From positions 75,454,001 through 75,518,000 of the forward strand of contig NC_043005.1 of assembly GCF_006345805.1 (NCBI RefSeq): 64,000 nucleotides of DNA, in the 5' to 3' direction. This DNA comes from Octopus sinensis (taxonomy: Eukaryota). Position numbers and translations under genes: made by a program. A model generated the notes under the pieces. It was given only the letters and a program-made list of their open reading frames with translations, had not been told where the DNA came from and did not search any database. How positions within the stretch are numbered: the stretch's first letter is position 1; every line of letters starts with the position of its first letter. Of this stretch, positions 51,601-64,000 are shown piece by piece.

Positions 51601-52519
51601 TCTATTCCTGTTTCTACATCTATTTCTATTTTGAAGATGTTTGACAACTATTTCTGGAATTTTTCTATATCCAAATCTAACACAATAGAAATTCACCAAT
51701 AAATTTACAATACCTACCATCTTGTTAATGATGAAATACATTTAAGATCTAATTTATTTCCATACTGAAAGAAATAAAACATTTATTAAAAGGTTTGGAA
51801 TGTCTGAAATTACTGCTGCTTTGAAATTTTAATTTTAATGATTTTCTTTCCAGGTGAGGAAGCTATACATTCAACTCTTTTGCAAGACACCTGCTCCTAC
51901 CCTTCTATCATACTTTCATATTCCTCACTCTATTCAGTTAAAGGGTCTCATCTGTAAGTATTTGGTGGATTCACCTGTGCTGGTGCCACAAAATAGAGCA
52001 GCCAGTACACTCGCTAAAGTGGCTAGTGTTTGGAAGGACATCTAGTGGTTGAAGCCACACCAAGGCAGACTTTGGAGCTCATTGTAGCCCACTGGTTCAT
52101 CAGCTGCTGTTGAACCATCCAACGCATAGAAAAAGGAACATTGAATGATGATGACAATAGTGGTGTTCTTGTTGTTGGTGTTGTTGGCGTCAGCGATGGT
52201 GGAGTCTTTTGAAAGGATTGAATGGCTAATCAATCCGACATGTTAACAGAGGTCAGAAGTTCAGAGTTCAATACAATTAGTGTATTGTGTTCACTGAGCA
52301 AGACTTTGAATTCTACATTACCTCAGTTTTTTTTTTATATATGTTTATATACTATTGAATAAGTGAATATGACAAGAAAAAAACAATGAAAACATGTGAG
52401 GAGGAACTTTTTAGCTAAAATCCCTTGACCAAACCTTGTCCAAGAGATTTCCAATTTGGCACCCCTTTGAAGACCTTTTTAAACTTTTCTTCATTGATCT
52501 GTTTTTCTTAGTTTTAGCA

Positions 52520-52980
52520 AATCTATGTTATTTGTCTTTAATTTTTTAACCATTCTGCATTGCCATTGTGTTTCACTTTTGGCTCTAAATAACTCTCGCA
52601 ATTCCTTTGTCACTTCCTAGTTAGGTGGTACATTCACTGTTACATCTCTCCATTTAGTTCCTTGTAGGATCTAAGTTGATCTGTTTTGAACAACTTATTT
52701 TGTCTAAACTGTTCAATTCTGTTATTGTATCTTTTGATCTTGGCAACTTTGGCTTTATCCTTTAGTTTAGTTCTTCTATTTCTCTCATATATCTTTTTTG
52801 ATTTCTTCATGGAATCTAGTTACTATCTTACCCTTGTTGCTAAGAATCTCTACTCTTGCAAGGTCTTTTTGCAGCTGGTCTACAGTTGGGTAGTAAACCT
52901 AAGCTTTTGTTCAAACTGGACTTGGTTGTGTTCTGTAGAGTCCATTCTGCTGCAAGTATAGCAGGTAGCTTCTTTAGATT
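52520..52980 (-). pseudogene. Degenerate R4/Dong-like non-LTR retrotransposon remnant (pre-RT region)
   Basis: KAKVAKIKRYNNRIEQFRQNKLFKTDQLRSYKELNG and KHNGNAEWLK, with stops. Confidence 0.5.
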
Positions 52981-53639
52981 TGAACTTTGAACATCTAGGT
53001 GTAAAGTTAAATCCACTTGTGATTAGCATTACCATGTTTGCTCATGTTGATCAGCACTAACTGTGGTATATCGTTGAACTTTATCAAAACACCAAATGAC
53101 ATTTTCCCTCATTAATCATTTTTTAATGTCTGCTTTGGTAGGAATTGTCAGACATAAGAAAAAAGGTATAATTTTCAAGGCTAAATGTCTCAAGAAACAA
53201 TTTATAACATTTTAGCAAATCTATAAAAATTCTAGAACTTGACTCTCTTGAAGGTCTTTTCTTATTGTGACCACAAGCTGTCTCTTGGCCAGTATTAATA
53301 AGATGTATGTATCTCAGCTTTTAATTGTGTCTGGCAATTTATTATCTTTATTTCACACACTTTAATTAAAAAAGTATCCAACAAATTGTAAATTATGAAG
53401 ATAGTTCCTTTTTTCAACTTGTCCTTATATCTTCTTCAACTTTCAAACTTCATCAAGTTAATATGTTATTCTTGGACCAGAGAGCTCTTCTCTGGTCCAA
53501 GAATAACACAGCCATTCAGTGTGCTGCTTTCTTCTGCAGCTTTCCTTGTGCTCTGAGTTCAAATCATACCAAGGTCAACTTTATCTTTCATTCTTTCAGA
53601 GTCAATAGAATAAAATGTCATTCGATATAAGTGCAAACA

Positions 53640-54030
53640 TAGTTGTCTAGTAAGAAGTTTGCTTCTCAACTACACTGTTTTAGGTTTAGCCCCACTGCGT
53701 GGCACTTTCTGCAAGTTTCTTCTACTGTACCCCTGGGCCAACCAAAACCTTGTGAGTGGATTTGGTTGACAGAAACTGAAAGAAGCCTACTGTATGTGTG
53801 TGTGTGTGTGTGTGTACTTAAGTGTCTTTGTGTGTATGTATTGTCCCCACCACTTGACAAGTGTTGGTTTGTTTATGTCCTCTTAACTTAAAGGCTTGGC
53901 AAATGAGACTGGCAGAATAAGTACTAGGGTTAGAAAACTACTGGGAGTGATTTGTTCAGCTTAAATCTTTAAGGTGGTGCTCCAGCATGGCCTCTGTCCC
54001 ATGACTGAAACGGGTAAAAAGATGAAAAGC
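53640..54030 (+). mobile_element. Degenerate tRNA-derived SINE (11451 family)
   Basis: Aligns along its length. Confidence 0.75.
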
Positions 54031-54329
54031 AAGAAGGTAGGGATTAAGTGGTGGATTCGTTAGTGCATCAAATTAGTTGTTTTGTAGTATTTGTTCTGGT
54101 TCTTTGTATTCTGACTTCTAGGGTAGTAAATTTAATGCACCTCTCAGTTTGACACCTCCACCTGGTCCTTGAGAGCCCTTAGTGAATTTCATTCTGTTGC
54201 AAACATTGGCACACATCTCTGGTTTGAGGATAGCTTTCTGTGTTCCTCCCACCTGTCTTGGAGACGCTGATAAAATTTAAAGATTCATGGGAACTTCTGC
54301 AACTAAATGGTACTCTTTCTGTTACAATG

Positions 54330-54795
54330 ATGAGTGTTCCAGTTGATTTGATCAACAAAACAGCCCACTCAAGAAATTGATGTGAATTGGCTAAGCATTC
54401 CACAGACATGTGTACCCTTAACTTAGTTCTGAGTGAGATTCAGCCTGACACAGAATGTGACAAGTCTGACCCTTTCAAATACAGGTACTATGTATTTTTG
54501 TCAGCTGAGTAGACTGGAGCAATGTGAAATAAAGTGTCTTGCTCAAGGACACAATGCATGGCTAAGAATCTGTTGTGTGGATGCCCCCAGACGATGAAGT
54601 AGGCTAGCCCAATATGTAGATATAGAGGGAGAAGTCTAGACGTCAAGGTAGACTAGAAGAGAGTCGAGTGGATTAGCGGTGAGAGTAGAGTAGCGAAGAG
54701 TTGAGTAGAAGGCATCCGAATGTGCGGCATAACAGAATCAAACCTCTGATCTTACATTTGTGATCTGAACATCCTAACCAGTAACCCATGTGTAT
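54330..54795 (-). mobile_element. Family Y SINE interrupted by a short LTR
   Basis: Matches 40970-41300 on both sides of 54571-54734. Confidence 0.75.
54571..54734. mobile_element. 164 bp solo LTR / TRIM-like LTR
   Basis: TGTTGTG...CATAACA termini with exact 5-bp TSD GAATC (54566-54570 and 54735-54739). Confidence 0.8.
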
Positions 54796-55189
54796 TTACG
54801 ACTCAATGATAAATATATAAAAGGGCCCCTGTTTGTTAAAAAGTAGTAGTAGTACTCTAAAAGAGGCCATTAGATATGACAGGAACCTGGCTTATGATTA
54901 ATAACTTGAAATACTGCCCATTCTATTTGCTGGCTGATCCACTCAGAACCATTAATCTTCAGCTAGGCAATTGCTATGATGATTAGCAGTAATCCATCTA
55001 TTGAGCTTTCTTCCTTTTTTTGACCCATCTGTCTTAGAGATCCTACAAAGGCTATGGGTACTGCATGTATTCTGTTAACCCTTTTGCATTCAGATTTCTC
55101 TGTCAAATGTAATTAATGGTTATTTATTCACGTTATTTTAAATCAATTATGTGTTATTTTGTAGCAACAATATTTCAATGATGAAAGGA

Positions 55190-56172
55190 GGTGAGCTGGC
55201 AGAATCATTAACATGTTGGGCAAAATACTTAGTGGCATTTCACCCGTCTTTACGCTCTGAGTTCAAATGCCACTGGGGTTGACCTTGCCTTTCATTCTTT
55301 CAGGGTCAATGAAATAAGTACCAGTTGAGTACTGGGATCAATGTAATCGACTTAACCCCTCTTCAAAATTGCTGGTCTTGTGCCAAAATTTGACAACAGT
55401 ATTTCAATGATGTGGTTGTTTATTTTTAGAATGACATTGTAGGGTAAGTGTGAGAGGCATGATTTGGCTGATATGAACATAAAACAGGTGGCATATTTGG
55501 GCTGGATATAAGGTGGCAAGCTGGCAGAAATGTTAGCATGCCGGGCAAAATGTTAGAGGTATTTCGTCTGTCTTTATGTTCTGAGTTCAAATTCCGCTGA
55601 GGTTGACTTTGCCTTTCACCATTTCAGGGTCGATAAATTATGTACCAGTTGCATACTGGGGTCGATCTAATTGACTGGCCCCCACCCTAAAATTTCAGGC
55701 CTTGTGCTTAGAGTAGAAAAGAATATTTGTCACTTATTTAAAGGCAGTGAGCTGGCAGAAACGTTAGCACGCCGGGCGATATGCGTATCCGTATTTCGTC
55801 TGTCTTTACGTTCTCAGTTCAAATTCTGCCAAGCTCGACTTTGTCTTTCATCTTTTCGGGGTTGATTAAATAAGTACCAGTTACGCACTGGGGTCGATTA
55901 AATAAGTACCAGTTACGCACTGGGGTCAATATAATCGACTTAATCCATTTGTCTGTCCTTGTTTGTCCTCTCTTGTTTAGCCCCTTGTGGGTAGTAAAAA
56001 AAGAGGTATTTCGTCAGCCACTACACTCTGAGTTCAAATTCTGTCAAGATCGACTTTACCTTTCATCCTTTCCGGGCTGATAAATTAAGTACCATTTGCA
56101 TACTGCGGTCAATCTAATTGACTGGCCCCCTCCCTCCAAATTTTGGGCCTTGTGCCTAGAGTAGAAAAGAAT
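55190..56172 (+). mobile_element. Cluster of same-orientation SINEs (ggtgagctggcag family)
   Basis: Four or more copies; atatttgggctggata flanks 55511-56172. Confidence 0.85.
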
Positions 56173-56689
56173 ATTTGGGCTGGATAAAGCTAGTTTAAAT
56201 GTTAAAGTGTTAAAGTAAATAAAAATAAAAATAAATAAATACTGCAAGCGTATTTTCACATAAACAAGCTATACTATCATCTTAACATGGCTCTTACCAG
56301 TTATATTCAATAAATAGGTCGGTATTCTATCCACTGTAGGAAAGCAACGTATCTTACCTGCTTAAGGAGCAAGCTTCTGCTCTTTCAGACATCATTAGTT
56401 CTTTGTTTGTTTTTAATAACAATTTACTGTGTTTCTAATCATTTTATGTTTCCTGAAGAAGAATACAATTAATTGTAGATTATTTCCAAAAGCCTCTCTC
56501 CACGACACCCAACCACTGATCTTTTATGAAAAATGGCCTTGGGAGAATTTTTGCATTGAATGATAAGCTTGCCGAATTAGTTCTGGTATATCAGTAATTG
56601 GAAATTGGAAATTACAAAAGACATTGTCATAGAGACATTGTCTGGTAATTAGTTCTGCTGTCTTCTGTGAAGTGTAACCAGCCAAGTCT

Positions 56690-57375
56690 ACCAGCTAGTT
56701 AGTGAGCCAGCCAACCAGTGAAACAGCTCTCCAGCCATTCAGCCAAGTCAGATAAGGGCAGCCAACCAGTAAACTGGCTAGACATCCAATCAATGGCCAG
56801 CTATCCAGCCATCTAGCCAGCCAGCCATCTAGTCAGCCAGCCAATCAGCCATCCATCCATCCAGCCAGTCAGCTAGCCAGCCAACCAACTAACCAACCAA
56901 CCAACTAACCAACCAACCAACCAACCAGCCAACCAACCAGCTAGCCAACCAGCCAACTATCATGCCAGCCAGTTAACTCACCAGCCAGCTAGCCAGCCAC
57001 TCAGCCAGGGAATTTCTATGTGGTCACTCAGCAGCGAAATCTTCAAATGAAACCCTATGCATACAATGATGTAGTCCTTGATACACTGTGCCAGAAAATA
57101 AGATGGGATGATTATAGGTGGAATACCTTTGATCATAGGTCAGCCTGATCAGAGTTGGCCTAGGGCTAAACACCAGCCAGCCATTCTGCCATCCGTCCAA
57201 CCATCAAACCAGCTGGCCAACCAGCCAGCCAGCCAACCAGCCAGCCAGCCAGCCAGCCAACCAACAAACCAGCTGGCCAACCAGCCAGCCAGCCAGCCAA
57301 CCAACAAACCAGCTGGCCAACCAGCCAGCCAGCCAGCCAGCCAACCAACAAACCAGCTGGCCAACCAGCCAGCCA
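56690..57375. repeat. (CCAG/CCAA)n repeat with higher-order ccaacaaaccagctgg units
   Basis: Direct inspection. Confidence 0.9.
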
Positions 57376-57499
57376 GAAATATCTGAAGCTGTCTTGAAAC
57401 TAATTATGAAATTAATTATGGTAGGTGCAGGAGTGTTTTCATTTCCCTACCCACCTCCAATTCCTCTGCTATGATCATTGTAAGCTTTACCTCTTTGCT

Positions 57500-58260
57500 T
57501 CTCGTTATGATCACCATAAGCACCGTCACTGCCTCAGCCACCACCACTAACACCTTTACTGTCATCACCACCATCATCATCACTACCACCACCTGCATAA
57601 TAATCCCCACATCAGCACCCTCTCTAACCACCACCATCATTACCAGTACTACTGCTACCAACACCCTTAGCTCTGTGTTACCAGCAGGAGTACTAGTGCC
57701 TTTATCAGTACTACTATGAGCACCAACACTAGTATCCATACCACCACCACCACCACCACCACCACCACCACCATCACCGCTACCACCATCACCACCACCG
57801 CCATCACTACCATAACCACCACCACCATTACCACCACTACCATCACTACTGTTACCACTGCCGCTACCAGCAGCAGCAGCAGCAAAACCACCACCACCAC
57901 CACCACCACAACAACAACAACTACCAGCAACACTACCACTACCACCACCACCACTACTACCACCACCAATATTGTCACCACCACCACCAACACCATCACT
58001 GCTATCACTACCACTACTGTCACTACCATCACCAACACTATCACCAGCACCACCACCACCACCAGCACCAGCACTACCAGCACCAGCACCAGCACCACCA
58101 CTGTGACCATCATCATCACCAGTAGCACTCACATTTACCACCACTCATATAATTACCGCTGCCATCTCTAGTAACATTATCACTATATCACTAGCAGCAT
58201 TACAACAAACATTACTGTTCCTACCGACACTACAACCATCGCTACAAACACCACTTCTAT
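57500..58260. repeat. (ACC/ACT/ATC)n trinucleotide repeat
   Basis: Direct inspection. Confidence 0.9.
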
Positions 58261-58822
58261 CAACGATAACGTTAAACATGTTGAACCTAGAACTGCTCAC
58301 ACAGTCTGTTAGAAAGAACAACTAAATCTCCTCCAAATCACTGTCTTCGCAAAAGTACACATCACATGAATAATTAGTCCTGGACACACCCCATACTGTT
58401 TAAGAAAAGATGTTGGGATGGTCATAGTTGGAATGCTTTTGCTCATAGCAATTAGTTTAGGATTTGATAGGTCACTACCAGATAACTGATTAACAGCAAC
58501 AAGACTATATCAATGCAGTCCAATCCTTCCTTCCCTGAATTGCAACCCCCACTGGAACTCACAACTGATTATGTCTTTATTACAGGTGTCATTCTACAGT
58601 ACTGCAGTGATCTACCTGACCTTTGGCTGTCTGCAGAAGTTTGGGGGGTACTAATCCTGCTATTGGTAACATGTAACACAATGCCACCTGTTACATGGTT
58701 GGGTTGTCAATGACTGACAACCCCGACAAGCTTCCTTGGTGAGGAAAGGGTTTAATGGACATCATCGTCATCATCATCATCACCATCACCATCATCATCA
58801 TCATCATCATCATCACCATCAC

Positions 58823-58859
<37 letters not shown>

Positions 58860-60445
58860 GTCATCATCATCATCATTTAATGTCCGTTTTCCATGCTAGT
58901 ATGGGGTTGGATGGTTTAACAGAAGTTGGTCAGCTGGAGAACTGCTGAGGTTCCAAATGGACATTAGAATGCTGTCAACCACTTTACAGAGCATACTGGG
59001 CACATTCTATGTGATACTGACACAAGTGCTGTTTATGTGGCACCAGCATGATAAAAAAGTAAATCCTGATAAAGGGCAGAAGAACTTAGGAGAGTCAATG
59101 GTCATCCAATATTGCGTACACATCTATTTATTGAGAATGTGTGTGTGTGTGTGTGGTGAGGTGTTGGATTGTGTGTGTGGGTGTGTGCATGAGTGTATAG
59201 CCAAAAATTTAGATGTATAACTAAAAAAAAAAAATAGGTAGAACTGAAAAGGGAAGAAAAAGAGGTGATTGCCTTGTATATAGAAAGATTGAAGGAGTGA
59301 AAGGAAGTTACAAGGGTGAGATGGTGAATCAGGAAAATCACCCCAGAATGGAAGACTTGTGAGACACATTTTTGTAATCAGCAATTAAAAAGATGAATAA
59401 TATGACCAAATCAAGCGCCAATGTTGGGTGTGGAAGTAGATTGTACTATGAATACCAACTGGCTGGGATTGGTTGTTCAACCACATTGAAGGATGAATGA
59501 ATGAAACAGATAACATGAAAATCAGGAAAGAATCTCTCCCTATTAAACCCTTCTCCTATCAATAAGATAAGCTGACATAGGAACCTGTATCCAAAAGGAT
59601 ACAGACAACAAACTTCTGTTAGTTGTCTGCTATCATATTATCTCTGCCAGTTTTAACACTATGGTTGAGCAATTCATCATCATCATCATCATCCTCATCA
59701 TTGTTTAATATTCATTTTCCATGTTGCCATGGGTTTGATGATTTGACAAGAGCTGGCAAGCTGGAGAGCTACATCAGTCTCCACTTGTCTATTTTGGCCT
59801 GGTTTCTACAGCTGGATGCCCTTCCTAATGTCAACCATTTTACAGAGTGTGGTGGGCGCTTTGACATGGCACCAGCATGGGTGCTTTTATGTTATGCCAG
59901 CATGGGTGCCAATAATGATAAAAGAAGTGAAAGAGGACAAGTGTGTGTGTTTATTATTGACATTATGGCTCTCTCAAGATACAGCAAATTATATTTCAAA
60001 ACACAGGTTCTCATCAAAAATCATGCTAACCAAATACAAATGCAAAAAAAACCTGAAGATCTCTACAATTTATCTACAATCTCATAAAAGAAGTACTCCA
60101 TAAAATATGCTATAGGAAATTTAGCGAGAGATGTCATGACAGGATTATTTAACATCATCCAGTAGAAAATTTCTTTGTGAATCTATTAAAGCAGAGAATA
60201 ACATTTGAGCCAGTTTAAACCTGCTTTACCACCTCACATTAATTTACTTAGCAAGTCATCAACATAAAACCAACTAATTTGATAGAATATATTAATGTTG
60301 AATATAAAGTTGGCAAGGTGCAGGAGTGGTTGTGTGGTAAGTAGCTTGCTTACCAACCACGTGGTTCTGGGTTCAGTCCCACTGCATGGCACCTTGGGCA
60401 AGTGTCTTCTACTATAGCTTTAATAGATGGAAACTGAAAGAAGCT

Positions 60446-60481
<36 letters not shown>

Positions 60482-60649
60482 TCATCATCATCATCATTTA
60501 ACGTCCGCTTTCCATGCTAGCATGGGTTGGACGGTTCAACTGGGGTCTGGGGAGCCCGAAGGCTGCACCAGGCCAGTCAGATCTGGCAGTGTTTCTACAG
60601 CTGGATGCCCTTCCTAACGCCAACCACTCTGAGAGTGTAGTGGGTGATT

Positions 60650-62480
60650 TTATGTGCCACCGACACAGGTGCCAGACGAGGCTGGCGAACAGCCACGCTC
60701 GGATGGTGTTTTTATGTGCCACCGACACAGGTGCCAGACGAGGCTGGCGAATGGCCACGCTCGGATGGTGTTTTTATGTGCCACCGACACAGGTGCCAGA
60801 CGAGGCTGACGAATGGCCATGATCGGATGGTGTTCTTACGTGCCCACAGCACGGAGGCCAGTCGATGCGGTACTGGCTACGGCCACGTTCGGATGGTTTT
60901 CTTGTGTGCCACCGCACTGGTACCACAAAGATACAAATTCATTGATGTTCATCTATTTTGATTTGATTTGATTTGATTTTCACTTGCCTCAACAGGTCTT
61001 CACAAGTGTCACAAGAAGGAAGGAAGGTATGCACAGGTGAACTGACAACGTCCCAGGTAGGGGCCACGGGTTATGGCCTGACTAGTCTTGCCGGGTCTTC
61101 GGATGATGTTTTTAGTCTCCGACACAGGTGCCAGATGGATGGTGTTTGTTACGTGCCCACAGCACGGAGGCCAGTCGATACGGTACTGGCTACGGCCACG
61201 TTCGGATGGTTTTCTTGTGTGCCACCGGCACTGGTACCACAAAGATACAAATTCCATTGATGTTCATCTATTTTGATTTGTTTTGATTTGATCACTTGCC
61301 TCAACAGGTCTTCACAAATGTCACAAGAAGGAAGGTATGCACAGGCGGACTGACTACGTCCCAGGTAGGGGCCACGGTTATGGCCTGACTAGTCTTGCCG
61401 GGTCTTCAGATGGTGTTTTTATGTGCCACCGACACAGGTGCCTGATGAGGCTGGCGAACGGACATGATCGGATGGTGTTTGTTACGTGCCCACGCACGGA
61501 GGCCAGTCGATGCGGTACTGGCTACGGCCACGTTCAGATGGTTTTTTGTGTGCCACCAGCACTGGTACCATAAAGATACAAATTCCATGATGTTCATCTA
61601 TTTTATTTTGATTTTCACTTTCACTTGCCTCAAAAGGTCTTCACAAGTGTCACAAGAAGGAAGGTATGCACAGGTGGACTGACTACGTCCCAGGTTGGGG
61701 CCACGGATTATGGCCTGACTAGTCTTGCCGGGTCTTCGGATGGTGTTTTTATGTGCCACCGACACAGGTGCCTAGTCTTGCCGGGTCTTCGGATGGTGTT
61801 TTTATGTGCCACCGACACAGGTGCCGGATGAGGCTGGCGAACAGCCACGATCGGATGGTGTTTGTTACGTGCCCACAGCACGGAGGCCAGTCGATGCAGT
61901 ACTGGCTCAGTCGATGCAGTACTGGCTACGGCCACGTTCGGATGGTTTTCTTGTGTGCCACCGGCACTGGTACCACAAAGATACAAATTCCATTGATATT
62001 CATCTATTTCGATTTGTTTTGATTTTTTTTTTTGATTTTCACTTGCCTCAACAGGTCTTCACAAGTGTCACAAGAAGGGAGGTATGCACAGGTGAACTGA
62101 CTACGTCCCAGGTAGGGGCCACGGGTTATGGCCTGACTAGTCTTGCCGGGTCTTCGGATGGTCTTTATGTGCCACCGACACAGGTGCCAGATGAGGCTGG
62201 CGAACGGCCACAATCGGATGGTGTTTGCTATGTGCCCACAGCACGGAGGCCAGTCGATACGGTACTGGCTACGGCCACGTTCGGATGGTTTTCTTGTGTG
62301 CCACCGGCACTGGTAACAAAGATACAAATTCCATGATGATCATCTATTTTATTTTGATTTTCACTTTCACTTGCCTCAACAGGTCTTCACAAGTGTCACA
62401 AGAAGGAAGGTATGCACAGGTGGACTGACTACGTCCCAGGTAGGGGCCACGGGTTATGGCCTGACTACTCTTGCCGGGTC
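60650..62480 (-). repeat. Tandemly amplified RTE 3' UTR (~315-420 bp units, ~5 copies, with ~53 bp subrepeats)
   Basis: cacttgcctcaa(c/a)aggtcttcacaa at ~60981, 61295, 61622, 62040 and 62368; gtgccaccgacacaggtgcc subrepeats. Confidence 0.92.
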
Positions 62481-63812
62481 TTCTCACGCACAGCATACTT
62501 CCATAGGTCTCGGTCTCTAGTCATTCCTTGGTGAGACCTAAAGTTCGAAGGTCGTGCTTCACCACCTTGTCCAGGTTTTCCTGGGTCTACCTCTTCCACA
62601 GGTTCCCTCAACTGCTAGGGTGTAGCACTTTTGCACACAACTATCTACAGCCATTCTCGTCACATGACCATACCAGCGCAGCCGTCTCTCTTGCACACCA
62701 CAATTGACGCTTCTTAGGTTCAACTTTTCTCTCAAGGTACTTACACTCTGACGATTATGAACACTGACATTACACATCCATCGGAGCATACTGGCTTCAT
62801 TTCTTGCAAGCTTACGCATATCCTCAGCAGTCACGGCCCATGTTTCACTACCATGTAGCATGGTTGTACGTACACATGCATCATACAGTCTGCCTTTTAC
62901 TCTGAGCGAGACGCCTTTTGTCACCAGCAGGGGTAAGAGCTCTCTAAACTTTGCCCAAGCTATTCTTACTCTAGCAGTTACACTTTCAGCACACCCACCC
63001 CCGCTACTGACTTGGTCTCCTAGGTAGCGGAAGCTATCAACTACTTCTAGTTTGTCTCCCTGGAACGTGGTAGAAGTTGGTCTCTGCACATTTCCAGTGT
63101 TTATTGCTCCTGAGCATCTGCCACAGACAAAAACTATTTTCCTAGTTAGCCTTCCTTTGACATTGCTGCACCTCTTATGTGTCCATAGCTACACTTGGTG
63201 CACCTTATAGAGTTTCTACCTACCCTTTTTTACAGATCGAGCAGGGCCATCTACCTGAAGTCGTTTGTGATTGGTCCACCTTCCTACTTATTGGACTTTG
63301 GTTTTGGCTAGGTTGATTCTAAGGCCCTTCGATTCTAATCCTTGTTTCCACACCTGAAACTTCTCCTCCAGTTCTGATAGTGACTCAGCAATTAGAGCAA
63401 GGTCGTCAGCATAGAGGAGCTCCAGGGGCATCCTGTCTTGAATTCCTCCGTTATTGCCTGGAGGACTATGATAAATAGGAGGGGACTGAGGACTGAACCT
63501 TGGTGGACCCCAACCTCTACCCGGAATTCTTCACTGTACTCGTTGCCAACCCTCACCTTACTAGCAGCGTCTCTGTACATGGCTTGCACAGCTCTCACTA
63601 ACCATTCATCTATCCCTAGTTTCCTCATTGACCACAGATAAGGGATCGGGGGACCCTGTCAAAGGATTTCTCCAAGTCAACAAGCCAGGTACAAGGGCTT
63701 GTCTTTGGCTAGGTATATTCTCCTCCTGCAGCTGTCTTACCAGGAATATAGCATCAGTAGTACTTTTCCCTGGCACGAACCCAAACTGCATATCATCTAA
63801 GCTAGGGTGAAA
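62465..63812 (-). pseudogene. RTE reverse transcriptase (frameshifted) with internal PHD-like finger
   Basis: QFGFVPGKSTTDAIF, GVHQGSVLSPLLF, LYADDL, FRYLGD, LHGSETW, RLRWYGHV; several 1-nt frameshifts. Confidence 0.95.
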
Positions 63813-64000
63813 TTAATTAATTTGGAATAATCATTAATTTCACCAAGTAGATTTCGGCATGTAAAAGCCCCATTCAAGGAAGGTTTAAGTAATACTAAGT
63901 AATTAAGGGTTTAGCAACGATTTGCCTCACCACATACCGAATTTAGAAATAGCAGTCAAAGAGTTATGGCTATTCTTTCTACTTAAAAGGGAGATCTCAG

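Larger units (their letters stand above)
60478..63812 (-). mobile_element. 5'-truncated RTE LINE with RT, expanded 3' UTR and (GAT)n tail
   Basis: RT motifs upstream; tail aaagcggacgttaaatgatgatg; source family of the many tail fragments in this window. Confidence 0.92.

Noticed and set aside
51855-51954. Candidate exon with good acceptor (tttctttccag) and donor (gtaagt)
   Set aside because: The sequence resembles a degenerate interspersed repeat also seen at ~32950 and ~24610; no partner exons.
57416-58171. Gly-rich or Thr-rich ORFs (mucin- or cuticle-like appearance); likewise 18419-19202
   Set aside because: Trinucleotide (ACC/GGT)n repeats open in multiple frames.
60650-60830. CRISPR-like appearance of the ~53 bp repeats
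   Set aside because: No unique spacers; eukaryotic LINE UTR context; no cas genes.
60660-62230. C(A/T/G)GAYGA-ggctggc-GAA motif in the RTE UTR subrepeats resembling a hammerhead core
   Set aside because: No GAAA box and no formable stems II and III; only one copy has CTGATGA.
63813-64000. Possible further Penelope/HHR element (shares ctttgactgctatttcta with ~16750)
   Set aside because: No complete hammerhead core identifiable; truncated by the window end.

Overview
AT-rich, repeat-dominated animal genomic DNA; the (TA)n/(CA)n density and the SINE/RTE families look like an octopus or other cephalopod (inference). No host protein-coding gene is supportable, and almost all ORF-track entries are translations of microsatellites. 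All real coding remnants are transposon-derived: a full-length frameshifted mariner (35716-36998), DD37D/maT pieces, several RTE LINE pieces (one 5'-inverted, some with multiple C2H2 fingers, one with a PHD-type finger inside the RT region and a tandemly amplified 3' UTR), a Helitron Rep fragment, and Penelope-RT and R4-like remnants. There are also two solo LTRs with TSDs, foldback elements and many tRNA-derived SINEs. The most notable region is 2.8-6.3 kb. It holds ORF-less tandem arrays of two related ~460-485 bp units (A and B). Each unit carries a type I hammerhead ribozyme with an unusually long stem II, a covarying 3' hairpin and a conserved candidate intron. The arrays sit at the centre of a ~8 kb inverted repeat, which suggests a retrozyme or Penelope-pLTR circular-RNA system. 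At least three other minimal-hammerhead families occur in the window. Scattered 1-nt indels suggest unpolished long-read sequence, so some frameshifts and structures may be artefacts.
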